A stretch of DNA of 34,894 bases from a virus (Duplodnaviria; Caudoviricetes). Under the pieces are notes generated by a model, which was not told the DNA's origin, did no database searches, and was given only the letters and a program-made list of their open reading frames with translations. The stretch spans positions 1 through 34,894 of IMG/VR virus record IMGVR_UViG_3300037183_000089. One strand, written 5' to 3'. Shown one piece after another: positions 1 through 7,909 of this stretch; positions within the stretch are counted from its first letter, which is position 1, and each line of letters starts with the position of its first letter. The position numbers and the translations under genes are program-made.

Positions 1-530
1 ACATCCACGTACGGGCCTATCGAGGAATCCCAGTAGGCCATGATGAAGCCCTCTTCGGTGACGAGAGCGTTCCATACGAGCTTCTGGAAGGCGCGCTTAA
101 CCCGCCAGAGTTCATAGCCCGCGTTGACGACCTTTTTGGCGATCTGAGCTGCCGTGTAGTCCTCAGGGTCCGAAGTTGAAGGATTGACTTCATAACCAGG
201 AACTCGCTGGGTAGCGGCGGAGACCTTGGCTTGAACCATCGGGCCGATCAGGTCGTGAGAGCGCCTGACGCGATGATCGGGACGTTTGCCCCCAAGGAGA
301 GTCGAGACAGTCCCCTGGTAGCGCAGTTTCGAGCCGTCTTCGGCCAGCCAGCCGTAGTGTTTGTCGTTCGTGAACTCAATGCAGAGCTGGCGGCGGGGTT
401 GAAGCTCTTTGAGGCGAGCTTTCCCGCGTTTGATTTTCGCCGCTACGTCAGGAGGGATCGGAGCAGCGGCAGGGCGTAGCTGTTCCAGGGCGCTTTCTGC
501 CTTCTGTTCGATCTTTTCTAGAACAGCCAT
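1..530 (-). CDS. Portal protein, N-terminal part (runs off the window)
   Basis: Not in the ORF track. Manual translation from ATG 530 is open to base 1: MAVLEKIEQKAESALEQL...HDLIGPMVQAKVSAATQRVPGYEVNPSTSDPEDYTAAQIAKKVV...NALVTEEGFIMAYWD. This resembles P22-like portal N-termini, and the gene lies downstream of terL. Confidence 0.8.
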   Translation of the reverse strand, partial: MAVLEKIEQKAESALEQLRPAAAPIPPDVAAKIKRGKARLKELQPRRQLCIEFTNDKHYGWLAEDGSKLRYQGTVSTLLGGKRPDHRVRRSHDLIGPMVQAKVSAATQRVPGYEVNPSTSDPEDYTAAQIAKKVVNAGYELWRVKRAFQKLVWNALVTEEGFIMAYWDSSIGPYVD

Positions 531-557
531 CTAAGCCTTTGATAGAATGTGGACATA

Positions 558-761
558 ATGACTGAGACACCGGGAGCAAAAGCGCTCCACGATGAACAGT
601 GCCGCCTAATCAAAAAGACCCAAACTCGGCTCTCCGAGAGCATCGAGAACGGAGGCGCTGATCAACGCGCCCAACTTCTCGCTAAGGCTCTCGTCGATCT
701 CATTGCGGGCCAAACGAAACTGGCCGCTCAGCTTCACCCGGCTACAAAGATTGAGCGCTAG
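558..761 (+). CDS. Small helical hypothetical protein (antisense insertion)
   Basis: ORF 549..761 with a TAGAAT -10 box at 543-548. ATG 558 is the likely start. Its stop overlaps the convergent gene's stop in CTAG 758-761. Confidence 0.6.
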   Translation: MTETPGAKALHDEQCRLIKKTQTRLSESIENGGADQRAQLLAKALVDLIAGQTKLAAQLHPATKIER

Positions 762-1006
762 TCCGGTACCGATCCTTCTCGCTTCAGCCGTAGCGCCTCG
801 TAGCCCTCATCGTCGTCTAGAGCGATAGGCGCTACCGGCTGCGCTTGATCTACGAGGCTGCGCCCGTGTTCGATCACGGCCTGCTCTGGGGCCTGAATCC
901 TCTGGGTCAACTCCCTGCGCTCCGTAGCCCACTGGTTGCGGTCGTAGGCGTGGAAGGCCAACTCTGCGATCAGAGCGAGAAATAGGAAGCCTGCGGCTAG
1001 TTCCAC
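758..1006 (-). CDS. Small protein with N-terminal transmembrane helix
   Basis: Hydrophobic LAAGFLFLALIAELAF followed by ERRELTQRIQAPE; packed in the operon just upstream of the portal. Confidence 0.7.
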   Translation of the reverse strand: MELAAGFLFLALIAELAFHAYDRNQWATERRELTQRIQAPEQAVIEHGRSLVDQAQPVAPIALDDDEGYEALRLKREGSVPD

Positions 1007-1077
1007 CTGGGCCTCCGCGCGAAGAGCAGGATGCCCAAATCGAAGGCCAGCCAGCCACTTAGAATCGCGTAGATCAC
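997..1077 (-). CDS. 26-aa hydrophobic peptide
   Basis: Manual translation MIYAILSGWLAFDLGILLFARRPRWN; fills the gap between 1080..3365 and 758..1006. Confidence 0.5.
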   Translation of the reverse strand: MIYAILSGWLAFDLGILLFARRPRWN

Positions 1078-1079
1078 GG

Positions 1080-3365
1080 TCAGACCGTAAACCAATTCGC
1101 CTGGTCTGTATAGACCGAGAGCTTGCCGTAGTTGACGGCGATCAGGGCCGATTCCGCTCCGTCGATTTTTTCCGAAGCAGGGGTTTTCGGCACAACTTTG
1201 ATGTTTTTCACGAGCGCCCCGCCTGACTCGTCCTTAATTGTGAAGGTGACGCCCTTGGCCATCTTGGCGGCTTCGGGGAGAGTCAGGACGCGTTCTGCCG
1301 CTGTGCTCGTGACGGCGATCAGTTCATCGACATTGAGGATTGTGGCCGAGGTGGCCACGGTACGGCGCGATAGATAGTCGGTCCCATTGGTGCCATGATT
1401 ACGCCGTGAGCGCGAGTTTGCGCCCTTGATGACGATGTCTGAGCCAGTGCTTGCCGCAACGACGTGGTTGCCTTCGATCAAGTTGCGGTCGCATTCCGAT
1501 TCCTCCTGAATCCAATCGGCGTTAATCGCCGTGGCTTCGATGAAGTTGGCGTTGACGACGCAGTCCTTGGCGGCGTTGGAGAGTCGCAGGACGCCGTTGG
1601 TCCCGTTAGCCCCTTTGAGCCTGTTGCCGACAATTGTGCAGAATGGAGCGATAACCCGCATTGCTTCGGTGGTCGTAGCCCCGGCGATGACGCTGATCGA
1701 ATTGCCCGTAACAGCCGAGCTTTCGCCCTGAACGAGAAGGCGGCCGTTGCTGATTACGTTGCCAGCGAAAGTGCCGCCCGGAGCTTCGAAGAGGGCTTGA
1801 GCCGTCCCGCCCAGCAGGCGGAGCATATTGCCGGTCATCGTGACCTCTTTGAACTGCGCGCTGGCTAGGCGAACGCCCTGGCCTTCGACGGTAGCAACGC
1901 AGACATTGTCGGAGAAGTTCAGGCGTTCGCAGGTGAACTGCAACTGAATGATCCCGACAGCGGTGATATTGGGACCGACAAAGGTATTGCCGCTGATATT
2001 GGTGTCGGTGATCGTGCTTTCGTTGATCAGCGCGACCTGGCCTTCGGTTGTGGCTGCTGACATATCGACGTAATTCTCCGAGACCGAAGACTTGGCGAGC
2101 GTCAGGATTCTGATCCCTGGCACCGAGGAGATCGTGGAGACGCGGATCAGATTGTTCTGAAGCTGCATTTCCGTCCCGGCGATATCCACAACTCCCCAGG
2201 CATCGAAGACGTTGTCCGTGACGTGCCCGCGTTTTACATTCAGGGACGTAGACATGATCAGGGCCTCAACCCCGCCGAGTTCTTCGCGGGAAGAGTCGTG
2301 GATGAAGTTGTCGCTGACCTGGAAGTCGGTCGCAGGCGCACTGATCCGCAGCGCGTTTGCGTAGCAGTTATGCAGCTCGTTGTGGTGGATTAAGAAGTTC
2401 GAAAGCAGCGATCCGTTGCCTTCAATGAAGAGGGCTTTCCCAGCGAAGCGCTTGACCTCGTTGTGGGCGATCTCGAATTGAGTCGCTCCCCAGACCTCAA
2501 GACAATGCTGGTTTTCCTCAGGGAAGCCTCCAGCCACCGCAGAGACCGTCTTGCCGTCGAGCAGACAAGAAAGCAGCTTGAACTGTTCGGCGACGGTTTC
2601 TTTGGGCGTGGAGATCATGCAGCGGTTACGATTCTGCGCAACTATCGTCCCGACTGGAATCGTATGTACGCCTGCCTGAGTGACCGTGAACGAAGTAGCG
2701 GTCTTAGCCGACCAGGTTGGACCGATGTTGCCGAAGTTGGCGAGGCTCAGCGTCAGTTTTTTATTCGTTTCCGAGAAACCTGAGGTGCTGGCTACTTCAA
2801 GTGGTTCGGCGGTCAGCGGCGTAGCCGTTTCTTTGGTCACGATTGTCGCTACGGGCGCCATCGTGGAGAGTCCGACCCCTTCGGAGCCGTCGAGACAGAC
2901 GCCAGACTTGAGGATCAAGCAACATTCCTGCGTAGCCTGAGTCGTTCCATTGGCGTAGCTAAGCAGATAGGCCCCCGCCTGGGGCCTGACGGTTCTCGTC
3001 ACACCCGTAGCTAGGAAGGCTGCGTTGGCCGCGTCTATGGCTGCCTGGAAAGCTTTCGTGTCGTCGGTGGCGAAGAAGACCTTCTTGCCGCTCACCGTCG
3101 ATTCGGCCGGAGTTGCCAACGTGGCGACACCGTTCGTGACCGACGCTATGGTCGTGACAAGCGCAAGGCCGCTCCCAGGGCCAGCTCCTTCGACTTCGAT
3201 TTCTTTGCCAACGTCTGAATTCGAGAAGACGTAGCTGGATTCAAGCGTGGTCGAGCCTTTGGTGACTTTCCCGTCAGTCAGTTGACGACCGTCCCCCTTA
3301 GCGCCGAATTTGGTCGGATTCAGAACTTCGGCGCCAACTGGGGAGTTGTAAATCTCTCCGGTCAT
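1080..3365 (-). CDS. Right-handed beta-helix (pectate-lyase-like) spike protein, putative depolymerase
   Basis: N-terminal FGAKGDG...TDDTKAFQAAIDA motif typical of pectate lyase 3-type spikes; many I/VxGN and xxHN beta-helix repeats; C-terminal LTLP...IKD...IDG...NYG...NW fibre-type module. Confidence 0.8.
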   Translation of the reverse strand: MTGEIYNSPVGAEVLNPTKFGAKGDGRQLTDGKVTKGSTTLESSYVFSNSDVGKEIEVEGAGPGSGLALVTTIASVTNGVATLATPAESTVSGKKVFFATDDTKAFQAAIDAANAAFLATGVTRTVRPQAGAYLLSYANGTTQATQECCLILKSGVCLDGSEGVGLSTMAPVATIVTKETATPLTAEPLEVASTSGFSETNKKLTLSLANFGNIGPTWSAKTATSFTVTQAGVHTIPVGTIVAQNRNRCMISTPKETVAEQFKLLSCLLDGKTVSAVAGGFPEENQHCLEVWGATQFEIAHNEVKRFAGKALFIEGNGSLLSNFLIHHNELHNCYANALRISAPATDFQVSDNFIHDSSREELGGVEALIMSTSLNVKRGHVTDNVFDAWGVVDIAGTEMQLQNNLIRVSTISSVPGIRILTLAKSSVSENYVDMSAATTEGQVALINESTITDTNISGNTFVGPNITAVGIIQLQFTCERLNFSDNVCVATVEGQGVRLASAQFKEVTMTGNMLRLLGGTAQALFEAPGGTFAGNVISNGRLLVQGESSAVTGNSISVIAGATTTEAMRVIAPFCTIVGNRLKGANGTNGVLRLSNAAKDCVVNANFIEATAINADWIQEESECDRNLIEGNHVVAASTGSDIVIKGANSRSRRNHGTNGTDYLSRRTVATSATILNVDELIAVTSTAAERVLTLPEAAKMAKGVTFTIKDESGGALVKNIKVVPKTPASEKIDGAESALIAVNYGKLSVYTDQANWFTV

Positions 3366-3655
3366 ATTTCGCTAAACGTCACATTCGATTCGCCGGTTGA
3401 CGTGATCACGAAGACAGCGCCAGAATAGGAGCTGGTATTCCAGGTTCCGGTTTTGGAAACGAGGTAGGGGCCTTCTTTGGCGACCGCAGCCGTTCCGAGC
3501 GAGAGCCAAACATCGTTGCCGCCTTCGTTTGTCACGATCAGTTCGATCCGGTCTTGATTGGCTTTCGCCAATTCCACCGACGCGGTTTTGGCCGTGACTT
3601 TGCCCTTCGGAACCCTGGCTTCGGTGCTGGAGCCGCTTTGCTGGACGAAGCCCAC
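3362..3655 (-). CDS. Small beta-rich virion protein, possible spike base
   Basis: 97 aa, ANQDRIELIVTNEGGNDVWLSLG...; ATGA-coupled to the spike gene. Confidence 0.6.
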   Translation of the reverse strand: MGFVQQSGSSTEARVPKGKVTAKTASVELAKANQDRIELIVTNEGGNDVWLSLGTAAVAKEGPYLVSKTGTWNTSSYSGAVFVITSTGESNVTFSEI

Positions 3656-3657
3656 CG

Positions 3658-4086
3658 CTAGGCCCTCAGCGCTTCGATTAGCTCATCCTTCGTAAGGCCA
3701 GCGCGTCCCTTGATCTTGCGCTCGCTGGCAAGCTCTCGCAACTCCTCAAGCGTACGAGACTCGTAGGAGCCACCGTTACCACCCGTGTCGCCTCGCTCGG
3801 AGGGCTTGGCCTCCGCAGATACCCCTGAGGCGCGCTGTGCGGGCTCCCGCGGGGCTGGAACCTCGTCTGCATAGGTCACAGCCACATTGGCCCCATCAGG
3901 ACTATAGAGCGCCAGGGAGGGCTTCCCTTCGCAATCGTGCGTATCGGTGTCGGTGTCTGCTTTGACGACCGTCGAGTCGTGTCCGTCCGTGACGATCACG
4001 GAGCCTACGCCGACCTGAACAAAGGCAAGCCCGGCGTCAAAGGACTTCGTGTCGCCTTCGTTCATCGTAAAACTCTCTGGAGCCAT
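3658..4086 (-). CDS. Protein with C-terminal Rho-N/HeH domain
   Basis: YESRTLEELRELASERKIKGRAGLTKDELIEALR fits the Rho termination factor N-terminal (HeH) pattern common in phage head modules. Confidence 0.75.
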   Translation of the reverse strand: MAPESFTMNEGDTKSFDAGLAFVQVGVGSVIVTDGHDSTVVKADTDTDTHDCEGKPSLALYSPDGANVAVTYADEVPAPREPAQRASGVSAEAKPSERGDTGGNGGSYESRTLEELRELASERKIKGRAGLTKDELIEALRA

Positions 4087-4493
4087 CAGTCCTCCTCCGT
4101 GCCAGCAGGACTGGCAGCTTCGATTTCAACGTTATCGGGGCGCGGGACCTCGCCTTGCGGCCACGTCATCTTCAGTGGTCCCTGGGTTGTTCCTTCAAGT
4201 TCTTTCCCAAATCGCTTTTCGAGATCTCCGAGAAGCCCTACGTCTTTCAGGGCCTCGTCCAGCTTCTGGCTCAGGATCGCAAGGTGCTCTCGAACCTCAG
4301 CGATTTCCTCGCCAGAGACCATGCCGCAAGTCTCACGGGCCGCTTCTTCGATCACTCCGCGCTGCAAATAGAGCCTGAAGACCGGTTCGCTTACGTTCAC
4401 GTCCCCGAAGTCGAGCAGCTCGCCGTCTTCCGTAGAAGTCACGAGACAGCGGTGGGGAGCGAAGGGGAGTGGGGCTTTCATCATGCTAGGCAT
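4086..4493 (-). CDS. Hypothetical protein
   Basis: GGAGG RBS upstream; stop overlaps the next start; central coiled coil. Confidence 0.7.
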   Translation of the reverse strand: MPSMMKAPLPFAPHRCLVTSTEDGELLDFGDVNVSEPVFRLYLQRGVIEEAARETCGMVSGEEIAEVREHLAILSQKLDEALKDVGLLGDLEKRFGKELEGTTQGPLKMTWPQGEVPRPDNVEIEAASPAGTEED

Positions 4494-4516
4494 AGCGCCT
4501 CCGATAGACTGAAGTT

Positions 4517-4741
4517 ATGGACACAAAAGACATCGACTTTCCAGCACTGGCCGAGTACCTCTTTGAAAGCGAATTGCGGGACATTGAATTCGAGACCGAG
4601 TGCTGGGGTTCTCTCAACCGAAGCCAGAAGGCACGGTGCATTGAGGCCGTACGAAGGGCGTTCCGACCGCAAGTCAAGTTCGTAGAGCCCTCACGTATAG
4701 AGGCCCAACGGCCCCGCTGGTTCAGGAGCCTTCTTCGCTGA
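4517..4741 (+). CDS. Hypothetical protein (antisense insertion, leaderless)
   Basis: TAGACT 4505-4510 plus 6 nt then ATG; the 3' end overlaps the terL 3' end by about 50 nt. Confidence 0.6.
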   Translation: MDTKDIDFPALAEYLFESELRDIEFETECWGSLNRSQKARCIEAVRRAFRPQVKFVEPSRIEAQRPRWFRSLLR

Positions 4742-7225
4742 CATCGGCGGAGCGGTGCCGGGTAGCCAGCCTTTGTTGATCGACCCAGAGCTTCTACGCG
4801 GCTTCGCCGGGCTCAACGGCCTCGCATTGCAGAGATAGCGTTTGCAGTCCACGCCATGGTCTTCGCGCTTGACAACGTCGAATGAGCCGTCGTCTTTGGG
4901 CTTGAGTCGGTAGCGCCTGGTCTCGCGAATCAAGTTCGAGCAGTTTTCGCCAATGAGGAGAAGGGGATCGGGCTCACCTTCTGAGTCCCTGTGCTCCAGG
5001 CGGCGCATAACCTCGAAGACTCCGCCCTCTTTGTCGTTGTTAGCCCTGATCGTGCGGATGCCAGCGCGATAGTAGGCAGCCTCAACGGTGTCGGGCGTCA
5101 TCTTGCCATTCAGTTTCGCCCCGGTCAGCGTGTGGTTGCGGGCGGAAGGGTCGATCAGCGTGTACTTCGGCTCGACGCCCCAAGCCTTGCGCTTCTCCCT
5201 GATCCGTTCCGCTGCGTTCTCGGGGATCGAAGCGGATTCGGTCAGATATAGCTCGTCGTAGATCAGGAGTCGGTTCTCGGGATCGAAACCCGCGAATAGG
5301 ACAGCAGTCGTGTTATAGCCGGGGTCGATGACCTCGTAGAGGTCCAAGCGCTGCACATGGTCTTTCCCGGCGTCTGAACGCAACCACTCGGGATTGACGC
5401 AATGCAAGTCCTTGTCGAACATCGGGTAGACAAGGCCCTCCAGGTGCAGGAACTCCCCGCCTTCCCTCGCACGCCTGACCAAGTCCGGGAGGTTTTCAAC
5501 CAGGCGGTCGATCTCGGCTGATGGGATCGCCGGGTTGTCCCTGACCGAGGCCCTGACCACGAGCATCTTCTCGTTCAGCCAGACGTTCTTTTCGATTTCC
5601 GGCCCCTTCTGTTCTTCAAACTCATCGAAGGTCCAGCCGATTCCATTGAGGGGCGTGAAGGTGAAGAGTTCATCGCCACCAGTCTCCGCCAAGCGCCATT
5701 GGCACTCCTGGCGGATTTCCTCGCCTTTCACGCCGTCTGGCTCCTCATCGAAATGGCAGTTCCCGGTGACGAAGACCGCTCCATTCCGTTCCGCTACGAA
5801 GGTTCCGTTCTCGGTGGTCGGACACCAAATCGCTGTCGGCTCGTCGACCTCAGAGCGCTCCAGCTGGCAGACCGAGACCCGCGAGTAGTCGTACCGCTTG
5901 CTTTGCGCCGTGCGACCGTTGATTACGGACCAGGAATACTTGGTTTTGAGTATCTGCGCTCTATGGCCGAGAAGGGACGCGAGAAGAAGGAAGGCTTCTT
6001 TGTGCTGCCTGCGCGACGTGGTAATCGTCCACTTCCCGCTAGGCAGATATTGGCCGTCGCCCTTGATAATTGCGTCAAGCAGAATTTCGCGCTGGCGGGT
6101 GCCTAGGGACAGAATGAAATCTTGCGGAAGCCACTTCTCGGGGCCGGTGATATCCAAAAGCCTTTCGCGCGACTTGCCACGAAGATGGTAGTTGCGCATG
6201 GTCCCCTGGCACTTCTCGTCCCCATATGGTCTCTCCTCGACCCGATACTCAAAGCCCTCAAGCCAACCCTCGATTTCTTCGCACTTTGCAAAGTTGTAAG
6301 AAGACGATTGACCGATGAACATATTGCTGCCGCTGATGCAGCCATCGGTAACAAGCCAGCCCACAAGGGCAATCTCGGCGTCAGAGAAATCGGGGTTGTC
6401 CGCGTCTACGGCAGAAGTTCCGCCAACGATCAACTGCTCGGTGGTCTTTAGCTCATCGGTCGTCGTGAAGTAGTTGCGCTTGGTCTTCTTGTTATAGACC
6501 CACCAGCGATGATCCCCCGTAACGAGAAGATCGAAGTTATTGCGCGAGCGTAGGCGCGTCATTCGATCCTCGGCACTTTCAAATAGCCGCGTTATCGGCT
6601 TCCACTCGTATGCCCCTGTCTCCGTATTGAGGGTCAGGATCTCATCGCCCTCCGTCAGATACTCGGCGGTTGCCCAGCCCTTGCGCGACAAGGCCCGCGT
6701 CTTCTTATCCACGCATCTGTGCCTCGTCACGCCTCCAAACTTACTACGGTCCTGCTCATAGGACATAACCTCGATGAAGGAGCCGTTGCCGAAGCGCAGC
6801 CGATGCTCTCGCTGGGACCAAGCCTCTTCCCACGAAGCGCCCTTGAATTCGAATGCCGGGCACCACCGATGGATCGTCTCTTGAATGGCTTGCAGGGGAA
6901 GGCCGAAGTCGGGGACCACGATGCGGACGCTGCATGGCGGCTCGAAGCGCTTGAAGCGTTTCAGGTGGTCCGGCACCGATTCTTTATCGATGCACTGGAT
7001 CACGTCGTCTATGACGCCTGCTGCCGTCTTTCCCGAACGGTTCCCACCGAAGTAGACCCTGAGCCGCACCTTGGCAGAATGGAAGGCCAGTTGCTTCGGG
7101 TGTGGCCGGTAGCCCCAGAGGGGATTGGCCTCAAGGGCCGCGTTGAAAGCCGCCAGTTCTCGCTGAACCGCTGGATCGTTGAGAGCAGACGGATCAGAGA
7201 CTTCAATCTGAGGGGTTGGATTCAT
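4691..7225 (-). CDS. terL: Terminase large subunit containing an intein
   Basis: PHPKQ adenine-binding motif, Walker A GGNRSGKT, Walker B HFDEEP, coupling motif TFTP, nuclease IDPG...EDHGVDC. ATG 7225 is preferred over TTG 7246. Confidence 0.95.
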   Translation of the reverse strand: MNPTPQIEVSDPSALNDPAVQRELAAFNAALEANPLWGYRPHPKQLAFHSAKVRLRVYFGGNRSGKTAAGVIDDVIQCIDKESVPDHLKRFKRFEPPCSVRIVVPDFGLPLQAIQETIHRWCPAFEFKGASWEEAWSQREHRLRFGNGSFIEVMSYEQDRSKFGGVTRHRCVDKKTRALSRKGWATAEYLTEGDEILTLNTETGAYEWKPITRLFESAEDRMTRLRSRNNFDLLVTGDHRWWVYNKKTKRNYFTTTDELKTTEQLIVGGTSAVDADNPDFSDAEIALVGWLVTDGCISGSNMFIGQSSSYNFAKCEEIEGWLEGFEYRVEERPYGDEKCQGTMRNYHLRGKSRERLLDITGPEKWLPQDFILSLGTRQREILLDAIIKGDGQYLPSGKWTITTSRRQHKEAFLLLASLLGHRAQILKTKYSWSVINGRTAQSKRYDYSRVSVCQLERSEVDEPTAIWCPTTENGTFVAERNGAVFVTGNCHFDEEPDGVKGEEIRQECQWRLAETGGDELFTFTPLNGIGWTFDEFEEQKGPEIEKNVWLNEKMLVVRASVRDNPAIPSAEIDRLVENLPDLVRRAREGGEFLHLEGLVYPMFDKDLHCVNPEWLRSDAGKDHVQRLDLYEVIDPGYNTTAVLFAGFDPENRLLIYDELYLTESASIPENAAERIREKRKAWGVEPKYTLIDPSARNHTLTGAKLNGKMTPDTVEAAYYRAGIRTIRANNDKEGGVFEVMRRLEHRDSEGEPDPLLLIGENCSNLIRETRRYRLKPKDDGSFDVVKREDHGVDCKRYLCNARPLSPAKPRRSSGSINKGWLPGTAPPMSAKKAPEPAGPLGLYT
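5759..6715 (-). mobile_element. Intein (319 aa) with LAGLIDADG homing endonuclease
   Basis: Junctions HR|CVDKKTRAL and VFVTGN|CHFDEE; block B VTGDHRW; block F IWCPTT; LAGLIDADG-like LVGWLVTDG and LLDAIIKGDG. Confidence 0.93.
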
Positions 7226-7263
7226 GATATTATGTCCATAATTCAACGAAGGGAGTAGAACCA

Positions 7264-7488
7264 GTGAAGACCTACGTAATCCACGCCACTTGCAATTACG
7301 TCACCCGACAGAAACAGACGGGTGAGACGTATAGCGCCACCCGACGCCCGACGATGTCCGTCGAAGCGTCCAGCGAAAAAGCCGCAATCAACAAGGCGAA
7401 GAAGCAGCAGAAAGCGGCCATTGGGTCCGAGTGGTGGCCGTGCATTTCCCTAGGCTTCCGCGCCGACCTCGTTAGGGCGGTCAAATGA
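7264..7488 (+). CDS. Hypothetical protein (antisense cassette)
   Basis: GAAGGGAG RBS and GTG start; VEASSEKAAINKA motif. Confidence 0.7.
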   Translation: MKTYVIHATCNYVTRQKQTGETYSATRRPTMSVEASSEKAAINKAKKQQKAAIGSEWWPCISLGFRADLVRAVK

Positions 7489-7724
7489 GACGCCTTCTCA
7501 ATCTCGAAGTGATCTTGGGCCTACTCTGCGTCGTGGCTCTCGTAATCGCTACGCAAGACCCCTTCGGCTGGGCTGAATCAGAACCGACGAAACCCGATTG
7601 GCACAACGCCAACTGCTACAACATCCCGGCCCGATACCACGGCGGTCTGTATTGCTCAGACGAAGAGGCCGGAGGGAATCACGGCTATGTCAATCCGGGG
7701 AGCATGGAATGGGAAGTGGAATGA
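7485..7724 (+). CDS. Small membrane-anchored or secreted protein
   Basis: N-terminal hydrophobic helix then a domain with two Cys; ATGA-coupled at both ends. Confidence 0.7.
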   Translation: MRRLLNLEVILGLLCVVALVIATQDPFGWAESEPTKPDWHNANCYNIPARYHGGLYCSDEEAGGNHGYVNPGSMEWEVE

Positions 7725-7909
7725 GCCATAACGGCATGTCTCAAGACGTGCGGACGAGAGCAGAAAACGAAAAGGCCGGAGAACCTCTCTGTTCACGCTG
7801 CGAAGGGACCGGCAACGAAATCTATTCGATGTATCGGAAATGCTGCGCTTGCAACGGTACCGGCGTTTCTAAACAGCCGCTTTCCCATAAGTCCGTTCCA
7901 GAGACTTAA
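7721..7909 (+). CDS. DnaJ-type zinc-finger protein (62 aa)
   Basis: CSRCEGTG and CCACNGTG (two CxxCxGxG); ATG 7721 overlaps the upstream stop. Confidence 0.7.
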   Translation: MSHNGMSQDVRTRAENEKAGEPLCSRCEGTGNEIYSMYRKCCACNGTGVSKQPLSHKSVPET

